The position numbers and the translations under genes were made by a program. From the NCBI RefSeq assembly GCF_028641065.1, contig NC_073396.1, forward strand, positions 10,416,001 through 10,480,000: 64,000 nucleotides of DNA. The letters are read 5' to 3'. How positions within the stretch are numbered: position 1 is the first letter of the stretch; every line of letters starts with the position of its first letter. This stretch comes from Leucoraja erinacea (taxonomy: Eukaryota). This document shows, piece after piece, positions 37,375 to 47,845 of the stretch. The notes under the pieces are model-generated. The model ran no database searches. It was given only the letters and a program-made list of their open reading frames with translations, and was not told the DNA's origin.

Positions 37375-37930
37375 TTTAAGTTCATAATTTCATAAGTTAT
37401 AGAAGCAGAATTAGGCCATTCAGCCCATCAAGTCTACCCTGCCATTCAACCATAGGAGAGCTATCTTTTCTCCTCAACACCATTCTCCTGCCTTCTCCCC
37501 ATAACTCCTGCCACCCGTACTAATCCAGAACCCACCAATCTCCAACTTAAAAATATCCATTGACTTGCCCTCCACAGCCTTCTGTGGCAATGAACTCCAA
37601 ATATTCACCACCCTCTGATTAGATAAATTCCTCCTCATATGTAAATGTTTCTAAATGTACTTCCTTTTATTCTGAGGCTATGGCCTCTGGTCCTCGACTC
37701 TCCGACTAGTGGAAACATCCTCTCCACATCCACTCTATCCGGGCCTTTCACTATTCGGTAAGTTGCAAAGAGGGACCCCCTCATCCTGTTAAAATTCCAG
37801 CGAATATAAGCCCAGTGCCGTCAAACAACCATCATACGTTAACTCATTCAATCCCTGGATCATTCTTGTAAACCTCCTCTGGACCCATTCCAACGCCGGC
37901 ACATCCTTCCTCAGATATGGGGCCCAAATT
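37375..37930 (-). mobile_element. CR1 LINE 3' fragment (copy A of local duplication)
   Basis: Reverse complement of CR1 C-terminal coding (WAPYLRKD..) and tail. Confidence 0.8.
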
Positions 37931-39357
37931 GATCTAGCTTAGCCTGCACGCTATGTTCTCCTTGTTCTAAAAAGAGAAAGAAACTTTAGGTTACTGATTT
38001 ATAATTGAAATAATTGCAATGCGGCAGAAAATGCAACCCAAATAATTAGCTGCGTGACATAAATGTCCAATAAATGCTGAACACAAGCTTTTATAATTAA
38101 GTGTAAGATCATCATAACTGTTTCCACAATATTTAAAATGATTCCAAAATGATTTGCTACGTAGTAAAAATAAGTCTCCAGAGCTCATTAACTTGCCACT
38201 ATTAGCAGTAAATAGTTAAAACAGGAACATGGTAATGGTATTTCACATTCAAGCATTGGATTGATTTTAAGACGGTTTCAGGTGTAATTCAAAACCAATC
38301 CGTGTAACTGAAGGGAAACTTTTACACATCAAGAATAGTATTCAAAAATGTTATAGGTATAAAAGTGAGATGCTGCATATATTTTCCAGAGATATCACAA
38401 CTTTAAGCATTTAGAATTCAAACAGAATCTTAAAGTAAGCAATTATAAACTGCACTATATGTTAGAAATGGCATCAGATTAAATAATGGGCTTCCAACCC
38501 CATTGTGTAGGAATTTTACTCAATATGTAGGAAGGAACTGCCGATGCTAGTTTAAACTTGAAGAAGGGTCTCGAATCGAAACGTCACCCATTCCTTCTCT
38601 CCAGAGATGCTGCCTGTCCTGCTGAGTTACTCCAGCATTTTGTGTCTTTTACTGATGTCTCTACAGATCCAGCGTTTAGTTTCCACTGACTGCCATGTTT
38701 AGTTTTTAAGTTTAGTTTAGAGATCCAGCGCGGAAACAGGCCCTTCGGCCCACCGAGTCCGTGCCGACCAGCGGACACCCCGTACACCGATTCTATGCTA
38801 AACACTCGAAAATCGAAAAACGCCAGATGCTGGAAACCTGAAATCAAAACGGTAAATGCAGGAAAAACTCAGCAGGTCCATCTGCATCTGTGGAGAGAGA
38901 AATGGTGAACATTATTATAAACTTGCTTGGATTTCGTGAAAAGGTTGCAACGCAGACTGACAATTATTTGAAAGGTAGGACAGAAAATTAGATTACATTG
39001 AAAAGGAAGGGGATTAATTGTTCATTGGCAGGATGTGACAAGTTGTATTTCCCAAATAATTCCCCTGACGAGAGAACCGAGGACATTTAAATTTAGAGTG
39101 ATGATCTCGAAAGGAAATTGGAAAAGACATTGTTTCGTCGTGGTATTGAAAGTCTGAAGCACTCTTCAGGTAAATGCAGGAGAAATAGATATTTTCAAGG
39201 TCAAGACTGACATAATTTTCCAATTTTTTTGTAAATGTTCTCATGACATAGTCAGAGGCAATTCAGCCCATCAAACCCTGCTGGCTTGCAGATCACTCAC
39301 AACTGCCACTTCCTCATGTACATGTATTTCCCTGTAACCACATAACTTCATCTGTTC

Positions 39358-39903
39358 TAGGAGCAGAATTAGGCCATTCGGCCCATCAAGTCAACTGTGC
39401 CATTCAATCACGGCTGATCTATCTCTCCCTCACAACCCCATTCACCTGCCTTTTCCCCATAACCGCTGACAACTTTACTAAACAATAATCTGTCAATCTC
39501 TGTCTTAAAAATATCCATTGACTTGCCGTCCACAGCTGTCAGTAGCAATAATTCCCATGGATTCACCACCGTCTGACAAGAAATTCCTCCTCATCTCCTT
39601 TCTAAAGGTACGTCCTTCTATTCTGAGGTAGGACAAGGCGTGGCAGGTAACCAGGTGAGGCTGTGGCATCTGGTCCTAGACTCGCCCATTGTTGGAGACA
39701 TCCTCTACACTATCCAGGCCTTTCATTTTTTGGTAAGTTTCAATGAGGTCCTCACTCATCCTTTTAAACTCCAGCGAGTACATGGCCAGTGCTGTGAAAC
39801 GCTCTTCATTAGTAAACCCAATCACCCCCGCGATCATTCGTGTAAACCCCCTCTGGACCCTCGCCAATGCCGGCACATCCTTTCTCAGATGTGGGGCCCA
39901 CAT
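39358..39903 (-). mobile_element. CR1 LINE 3' fragment (copy B of local duplication)
   Basis: ORF 39676-39903 WAPHLRKDVPALARVQRGFTRMI. Confidence 0.8.
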
Positions 39904-40143
39904 TGATCGAACTTATTCCACGCACTATTTTCTCCTTGTTCAAGAAAGAGAAAGAAGCTTTAGGTTACTGATTTTTAATTTAAATAATTGCACAGAGGCA
40001 GAAAATGCAACACAAATAATTAGCTGGCTGACATAAATGTGTTCCAATAAATGCTGAACACAAGCTTCCAGTGAAAACAGGCTCATCGCCTTCAAACGCT
40101 CATCATGTTAACCCAATCATTCCTGGGATCAACCTCACTTTTA

Positions 40144-40400
40144 CATGTGCATTTTCACACAGAGAGGGGTGAATCTCTGGAACTCTCTGCCACAGAGGGT
40201 AGTTGAGGCCAGTTCATTGGCTATATTTAAGAGGGAGTTAGATGTGGCCCTTGTGGCTAAGGGGATCAGGGGGTACGGAGAGAAGGCAGGTACGGGATAC
40301 TGAGTTGGATGATCAGCCATGATCATATTGAATGGCGGTGCAGGCTCGAAGGGCCGAATGGCCTACTCCTGCACCTAATTTCTATGTTTCTATGTTTCTA
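40144..40400 (+). mobile_element. Young CR1/HER1 3' fragment
   Basis: Near-identical to 52708-52950 and 63361-63600. (CTATGTTT)n tail. Confidence 0.85.
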
Positions 40401-40547
40401 TTAACCATTCCAGATGTTACCTGATGCAGTACAGTTGTGCTTACTTAGATTAAAATATGAATGTTGATCCTTTCTTCTTGTTTATAAGTGTTTAATTCTG
40501 TTTAGCTCCAAAGTTGAACCCCCAGTATTTGCAAAATCAACACTTCA

Positions 40548-40838
40548 GTTTTATTTAGTTTTAGAGATACGGCGAAGAAACAGGCCCTTTGGCCCACCGA
40601 GTCCGTGCCGACCAGCGATCCCTGCACAATACTATCCATCACACACTAGGGTCAATTTATAATTTTACCAAGCCAATTAGCCTACAAACCTGTTTGTCTT
40701 TAGGAGGAAACCAGAGCAATCAGAAATAACCCATGTGGTCACAGGGAGAACGTACAAACTCAGTACAGACAGCATCCATAGTCAGGATTGAACCCGGGTG
40801 TCTGGTGTTGTAAGGCAGAAATTCTACTGCTGTGCCGC
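40548..40838 (-). mobile_element. HE1-type V-SINE
   Basis: Reverse complement of the HE1 core and tail. Confidence 0.8.
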
Positions 40839-40929
40839 CTAGCTACATATCCTCCAGAACGACTTGCCTTACTGCCCACTCCCAGCAAAGACCACCGGCA
40901 TTTGCGTCATTCACTCTCTCTTGCTCTTC

Positions 40930-41442
40930 ACCTATCACAGATATTCCCATTGATCTCTTTTCCCGAGATCCAATACTGGGATCTCCAGCCCAACTCCTGA
41001 TGTTGCGTCAAATCCGTGCTGCCCTGCCTGTGTCCAGCAGCTACTGCAAGCACAGATCCGTTCACCTCCTGTTGTCCAAAAACAACTCCAGGTGAAACCT
41101 GATGCACAGAAACGATCCTTCGACAAGTCCAGCATTCCACTTACACCTCTCTCCAGTGGACAAGTTGTTCGCCTTCAGACCGACAAGGGCTATGGCCATT
41201 TGGGTCACATTCACAGCCCCGCCAAAGAACCGCACTCTTACCTGGTAAGCGCGGACAGAGGTCTTTACAAACGCAACCGTCAACAGCTCCTTCCTGTGAA
41301 GGAGCCATATCCTGCGGCTCCGTATCTAGAGGTCACACGTTTGATGTACCCTCCCACTGCCGGGCTGACTGCTCCCTCACGCCCACTTGCTGCAGAACAA
41401 CCCCCTGCGGCCTCTCCACAACGTTTGGCGCCCCGCTCATAG
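40930..41442 (+). pseudogene. Decayed Gypsy integrase C-terminal fragment (second family)
   Basis: RDPILGSPAQLLMLRQIRAALP and FDKSSIPLTPLSSGQVVRLQT..PHSYLV..YKRNRQQL parallel the integrase tail of the 24572 element (PELFQGQNVHAQ..PKSYII..RRNRIHI). Confidence 0.75.
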
Positions 41443-41467
41443 GGGGGAAACCGTTTTCAGTCACTTA

Positions 41468-42010
41468 CCTCGACGGAGATGTGATTTTTTCCGTGTCACG
41501 TCTCCGTCCCAACCTGCGGCCTAACAACTGGATTGGTGCGTCCTTTCCTGGAGACCGGCCCGTAGCTTCAAGCCGCAAGCGCGACGCGAACTTACCATCA
41601 TGGAGCGGGCGATCCTTTGCCGAGGATCGCTGTGGAAGTGCTCCGACCGTGGGGCCTCAGGAGTTTAACACCGTAAAACCGCGGTCTCCGGTAAGAAGCG
41701 GACGACTCGGGAGCTCCATGCCGAGTGTTCCGATCCGTCCCGACGCCGGTGTTTCGATCATCCCGACGAGAGGGCTTGAACAGCGGACCGTCGGCAACGG
41801 CCCCGTTCAAAGGCCCCGAACACGGGTGAACAAAGAAGGAAGATGACTGAACTTTATTGCCTTCCATCACAGTGAGGAATGTGGATTCCATTGTGGTGGA
41901 TGTTTATGTTAAATTTATTGTGTATTGCGTTCTTTTTACTTGTATGTGTATGGTAACTCAAATATCACTCTGCCTTCATTGGTGCATGTGACAATAACTT
42001 GAACTTGATT
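41468..42010 (+). mobile_element. GC-rich non-autonomous retroposon with LINE-like tail (copy 1)
   Basis: Shares the head CCTCGACGGAGATGT..TTTTCCGTGT and core CTTTATTGCCTTCCATCACA..GTGGTGGATGTTTAT with 44400-44975. Ends GTGACAATAA(CTTGAA)n. Confidence 0.6.
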
Positions 42011-43941
42011 TTTAATTTTTATTTAATTCTGTTTCGCTCTCCACAATTGCTGCCTAACACTGAGTATTCCTAACATTTTCTGTTCTTATTTCAAACTTCC
42101 AACTGCTGCAGGTTTTTTTATTTTGCTTTTTAATTACATTTAAATCACGTTGGTCTATTGCTAAATTAACAAGAGACAATGATGGAAGTTAGTAAACAAG
42201 CAACATTTGTCCAGCATTAACACCGATCTATAATGTGCAATAGTGAAACATCAGAGCTAACTCTAATTAAAAGACATTTGGTCAGGTACGTGGATAGGAA
42301 CAGTTTAGAAGGATATGGGCCAAACACGGGGCAGGTGAGACTAATATGGATGGGGCATCTTGGTCGGCATGGGCAAGTTGGGCCGAAGGGCATGTTTCCA
42401 AGCTGTATGATTATAATGCATATTCTGCACAGCCACAGTTTGTTTTCCATCCACTGGAATGGTATTTGACAGGGATTAGAGTGAAGAGAGATGGGTAAAA
42501 TCTAACACGGTCAATGATCAACGGTTCTTTATTGTCACGTGTACATCTGCAAAGTGAAATTCTCTTTTTGCATGCAGTTTAGTAAAGTATCACCCAACTT
42601 AAGCGCAATCCCCAATGAATAGAAAGTGTATAGAAATAGTCCACTGAGACTGCATGCAAGATTTACCAAGTTTTGTCGCCATTTTCAAAGTCTAGTTCGG
42701 TCCATGCACTCGGTCTGCTGGAGCGGCACCCGATTCAGACGAGGCCCAGGCTTCTGCAGGGCCTCCAGCCACCGCCTCTGTCCGGATCGTCCAGCAAACC
42801 GCCGTCCCTCTCCTCTTCAGCTCTTGCGCCCTGGGGGCGCCTACTGCGGCCAACCTTGAGGAGACGGGAGGTAAGACCCCGGTTCACACCCTTACCAACC
42901 CGTTGCTCTCGTGATGACATCGCTGACTCCCCTCCATCCTCCTCTCCAGTTCTCCAGTCTACTTTGACATACGATGGACAAAGACAAGGTAATTGGATAC
43001 CTCATCCATAATATTTAGCTCCACAACTCACTTATACAAAGGCAAGGTTTAATATGCAGCAAACATATTGATGCTGCACAGCTCAGCTTCTGTGCAGTGC
43101 TGAGAGATGCTGCTTCCTTTCATGAACTGACCAGTTTGGCCGACCAGCCTGGCCAATTCCTCCACTGCTGACAACAATATGTCCCTTGTTACATCCTTTG
43201 TGGCATTCCTTCAATAAACAAGGCAAATCGGGCAGGTTCAACTTTAGACGACTAACTTGTGGACTATAATCAGGAGTAAAACCATCTTCTGCCCTTTTGA
43301 CAGAATGAAGTATCGTGTTTTTTTTTACATTAAGATTTAGTGAACAAGTGAGTTTTCATCATTCACCATTCAGCTCCTTTAGTTTTAATGCCAGAAAGCT
43401 GATTGCCATTTTTATAAATTGGCAGAATAAAAGTACCTGTACGTACTTTTAGAATGGAGAAGAGGAGGAATTTATTTTGCAGAAAGTCGTGAATTTGTGG
43501 AATTCATTGTCACAGATGGTGGTGGAGGATGTCACTGGGTATTTTTAAAATGGAGACTGATAGGTAATGGCGTCAAGGATTACAGGCAGGTAGCAGCAGA
43601 ATGGGTGTGTGAGGGGGAAAAATAAATTAACCATGCTTAAATGGTGGATTAGACTTGGCGGGCCAAATGGCCTCAATCTGCTCCTATGTCTTACGGTATG
43701 GTCTTATTCCAGAATTGATCCCACTGAGCCCAGTGGTAATTGTCATAAAACTAACCCCCCAATCAGTGCCATTGTCTCTTCCCAATCTTGTTTAAGGTTC
43801 AATGGTTCTTTATTGTCACGGTTTCACTGCACAGTGAAATTCTTACACTCGTCGCCATATTTTGATGCCATTTGCAAAAGAAAAAGAAAAAGTCCAAAAT
43901 CCAAAGCTGGATGTACTGGAGCACCTCCAATCCAGGCCAGC

Positions 43942-44023
43942 CCCAGGTAAACCCCAGGTAAGACCCAGGTAAGACCCAGGTAAGTCCCAGGTAAGTTCCA
44001 GGTAAGTCCCAGTAAGCCCCAGG
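43942..44023 (+). repeat. 11-bp tandem repeat (CCCAGGTAAGW) x ~7
   Basis: Direct reading of the units. Confidence 0.95.
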
Positions 44024-44399
44024 CTGCAGTGGCCTTCTCCGGTAAGTTCGGCCCACCAGGTCCCTCTCCAGGTGGGGAAAGCCAGTTTGTTTCCCAGATA
44101 CCACGAGCTCCCAGGTGCGATCTACTCAGGACCGAGACCAGGTATGGTTTGCCCCAGGCTGATAGTATGGCCTCCTCCGTTTGCTGCAGCCCCTTGACCA
44201 GCAAGTCGGCCCGCCCTGCAAAGCTGAAGTCAGAAATGAGCTGGACTGTATAAGGGCATCAGCCATTCCCAAAAAGGCAATGGTGAACCCGAACGCCTAT
44301 CAATGTGATACACCAGGTGGGCCAAATGGCTGCCTCGCCAGTCTGTCTGTCTTTTTTTCCCTCACCTTGTAAAACACAAGTTTTAAAGTGTTGCGTTAT

Positions 44400-44975
44400 G
44401 TCCTCGACGGAGATGTAAAACTCTTTCCTCAACGGAGATTTTTTCCGTGTTGTATCTCCGTCTGCGCTTTAGCCTAACATCGTGGAGCTGGCGGCCTCTT
44501 GCTGGGGACTGACTTTGGGATCTCCAACCGCAGGAGCCCGCAGACTTGCCATCGTGGAGCTCTCGATCCCTGCCGGGGATCAGCCTCGGAGCACCAACTG
44601 CGGGAGCCTGCAGACTTTAACATTATGCAGCTTGCGCGGTTCCTTGGTTAGGGACCGATTTCGGGAACTCCAAGCGTGGAAGCATCAATCGCCCCGACGC
44701 AGGAGGTTTGACCGCCCCGACATGGTAGCTTCGATCGCCCCGACTGCAGATGGTTCGACTCCCCAGACCGCGTGAGAAAAAGGAGGAAAGAAGATGACTT
44801 TATTGCCTTCCATCACACTGGGGAATGTGTAGGAGCCGCTGTGGTGGATGTTTATATCAAATTTTATGTTGTTGTGTGCCTCGTTGCTTTTTTGATATGA
44901 CTGTGTGGCAAATCAAATTCCTCGTATGTTGCAAAACATACTTGGCTAATAAATTACAATTATGATTATGACTAC
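44400..44975 (+). mobile_element. GC-rich non-autonomous retroposon (copy 2, different tail)
   Basis: See 41468-42010. Tail AATTCCTCGTATG..ATACTTGGCTAATAAA(TTATGA)n. Confidence 0.6.
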
Positions 44976-45029
44976 AGTCAGCATCATTGACTCAAGCTTC
45001 TGAAGTCAAACCTAATTAATTAGTGAACT

Positions 45030-45372
45030 AGGCAAGGCCAGCAGCGTCATTAAGGATGAGTCACACCCGGACACGCCCCTCTCCCATCGGGCAAGACGTA
45101 TAGAATAGTGAAAACACACGCCTCCAGATTCAGGGGCAGTTTCCTCCCAACTGTTATCAGGCAACTGAATCATCTTGCCACAACTAGAGAGCAGTCCTGA
45201 ACTACTATCTACCTCATTGGTGACCCTCGGACTATCTGTGATCCGATTTTACTGGCTTCATTTTGTGCTAAACCTTATCCCCTTATCTACCAATACACTA
45301 TAAATGGCTGGATTGTAATCATGTATTGGCTTCCTGCTGACTGGATAGCAGGCAACAAAAGCTTTTCACCGT
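45030..45372 (+). mobile_element. Rex1/Babar-like LINE 3' fragment
   Basis: KASSVIKDESHP..PSGKTYR..RFRGSFLPTVIRQLN plus tail. Confidence 0.7.
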
Positions 45373-45572
45373 TCCTGAGAGTTTCCCACCTGTTATGATG
45401 CTATTGGAACTCATGTGCAGGTCTCCAGAGTCCGAGTCCTGGCACAGATGTGACAGAGTTTATGATCGCAAGAGAGAAAGACAGTTTTGCCCTGTGAGAT
45501 TCCCCGAGCATAACTGCGTTCGATCAAGAACCCAAGGAAAAGACGAATGAGGAACCTTGTTAAATATTTTAC

Positions 45573-45668
45573 CTGAAGAAGGGTCTCGACCCGAAAACGT
45601 CACCCATTCCTTCTCTCCAAAGGTGCTGCCTGCCCCGCTGCGTTACTCCAGCATTTTGTGTCTATCTT
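45573..45668 (+). repeat. Penelope-pLTR repeat with near-intact hammerhead core
   Basis: CTGAAGAAGGGTCTCGACCCGAAAACGTCACCC (one extra A in GAAA). Confidence 0.7.
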
Positions 45669-46294
45669 CTTTAAATATTTTATCATGTGCAGACAGATGA
45701 GATTAGTTCATTTTGGCATCGTGTTTGGCACAGACGTTGTGGGCTGAAGGGCCTGTTAATGAGCTGTGCTGTTCCACGTTCGATGCTCCAAGCTGTCAGA
45801 GGAGAGAGTTGCTGTCACAGTCCAACTGCAGCAAGCGGAAGGAAAACAACAGCTGAGCACCACTGACTGTTCGAAGCATTGTCCTGCTCGCTGCGGATCT
45901 GGCCATAATATTGGACAGTGTGAAGGAGTCCACAGCCCGCGTGCATGGCACAGACTCAGTGCAATTAATCATGCGGCCCAAGATGGCAGCTGCTCACCAG
46001 ACTGAGCAGCGTGATTTTCCCTGGCTTGCCAAGCGTGAAGGAAATAATAGAAACCTGCAAACCACTTCTGTGCCATCTCCACAGGCCCCACACCCTGGGG
46101 TGACCAGAACTGCAAACAATAGATAACAAGTTTATAACAACAGGGCGGCATGGTGACGCAGTGGTAGAGTTGCTGCCTTACAGCGCTTGCTTGCAGCCCC
46201 AGAGATGCAGGTTAAATCCCGACCACGGGTGCTGTCTGTACCTCAGCATCACAACAGTATTCACTAGAGAGGCCTTCGACTAGAGCGTATACAC

Positions 46295-46895
46295 TAGAGA
46301 GCCCTTCTGCAGTTGTACAGAGCCCTAGTGAGACCACACCTGGAATATTGTGTGCAGTTTAGCTCCCCTAATTTGAGGAAGGATATTCTTTCTATTGAGG
46401 GAGTGCAGCGTTGGTTTACAAGATTAATTTCCGGTATGTCGGGACTGCCATATGCTGAGAGAATGGAGCGGCTGGGCTTGTACACTTGAGTTTAGAAGGA
46501 TGAGAGGCAATCTCATTGAGACATATAAGATTGTTAAGGGCTTGGACACGCTAGAGGCAGGAAACATGTTCCTGATGTTGGGGGAGTCCAGAACCAGGGG
46601 CCACAGTTTAAGAATAAGGGGTAAGCCATTTAGAACGGAGATGAGGAAACACTTTTTCTCACAGAGAGTGGTGAGTCTGTGGAATTCTCTGCCTCAGAGG
46701 GCGGTGGAGGTAGGTTCGCTGGATGCTTTCGAGAGAGAGCTAGATAGGGCTCTTAAAAATAGCGGAATCAGGGGATATGGGGAGAAGGCAGGAACGGGGT
46801 ACTGATTGGGGGATGATCAGCCATGATCACATTGAATGGCGGTGCTGGCTCGAAGGGCCAAATGGCCTACTCCTGCACCTGTTGTCTATTGTCGA
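46295..46895 (+). mobile_element. CR1/HER1 LINE 3' fragment
   Basis: ORF 46452-46805 (LEFRRMRGNLIETYKIVKGLD..FFSQRVVSLWNSLPQ). Confidence 0.9.
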
Positions 46896-47211
46896 CTGCT
46901 TAGCAGTGAGAGAAGCTATAGAAAAGGGGAGTCATACAGAAGGAAATGGCATGAGGTAGAGAACGGAAAAGTGGCAGATTAACTGGAGACAGCAAAAAGA
47001 ACAAGACAATTGCAAATGGAGGGTACACAGAAATGCTGGAGAAACTCAGCGGGTGCAGCAGCATCTATGGAGCAAAGGAAATGGGCAACGTTTCGGGCCG
47101 AAACCCTTCACTCCGTTGAACCCAAAAGATCAGGGGTTGCTCATTAAGGCAGTGAGACGATCGGCTGTTGCTATTTTTTGGTTACTGTCTGACTAGCCTT
47201 TTCCAACTGTT

Positions 47212-47440
47212 TAAGAAAGAACTGCAGATGCTGGAAAAATCGAAGGTAGACAAAAATGCTGGGGAAACTCAGCAGGTGAGGCAGCATCTATGGAGCGAAG
47301 GAATAGGTGACGTTTGGGGTCGAGACTCTTGTTCAGACTGATCTTGAAGAAGGGTCTCGACCCGAAACGTCACCTTTTCCTTTGCCCCATAGATGCTGCC
47401 TCACCCGCTGAGTTTCTCCAGCATTTTTGTCTACCTTCAG
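47212..47440. repeat. Palindromic Penelope-pLTR repeat with two inverted hammerhead-like cores
   Basis: Arms of about 100 bp. Cores at 47308-47338 (-) and 47343-47371 (+; TGAAGAAGGGTCTCGACCCGAAACGTC). Confidence 0.8.
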
Positions 47441-47568
47441 CCTTTTCCATCTGGTCAGTACCTGAGCTAGTACATGGTTTATGCAGTCTTCATATGTTGT
47501 GGCCTCTTGGAGTCACTCAAAATTCATCCAGATTAGGGGCAGGGCTCATGCCAACTCCCCAAGCATCT

Positions 47569-47845
47569 GGGTGGCACAGTGGCACAACGGTAGAGCTGTT
47601 GTCTTACAGCACCAGAGACCCCGGTTTGTACTTTCTCCCTGTGACCGCATGGGTTTTCTCCGGGTGCTCCAGTTTCCTCCCACATTCCAAAGACATACAG
47701 GTTTGTAGGTTAACTGGCTTTGGTAAATTGTAAATTGTCCCTGGTGTGTAGGATAGTGCTAGCGTACGGGGTGATCGCTGGTTGGCGCGGACTCGGTGGG
47801 CCAAAGTGCCTGATTCCACACTGTATCTCTAAAGTCTAAAGCCTA
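47569..47845 (+). mobile_element. HE1-type V-SINE
   Basis: Head, V-domain and tail present. Confidence 0.85.

Noticed and set aside
43799-44204. ORFs with LPGTYLGLTW repeats
   Set aside because: Translation artefact of the 11-bp tandem repeat.
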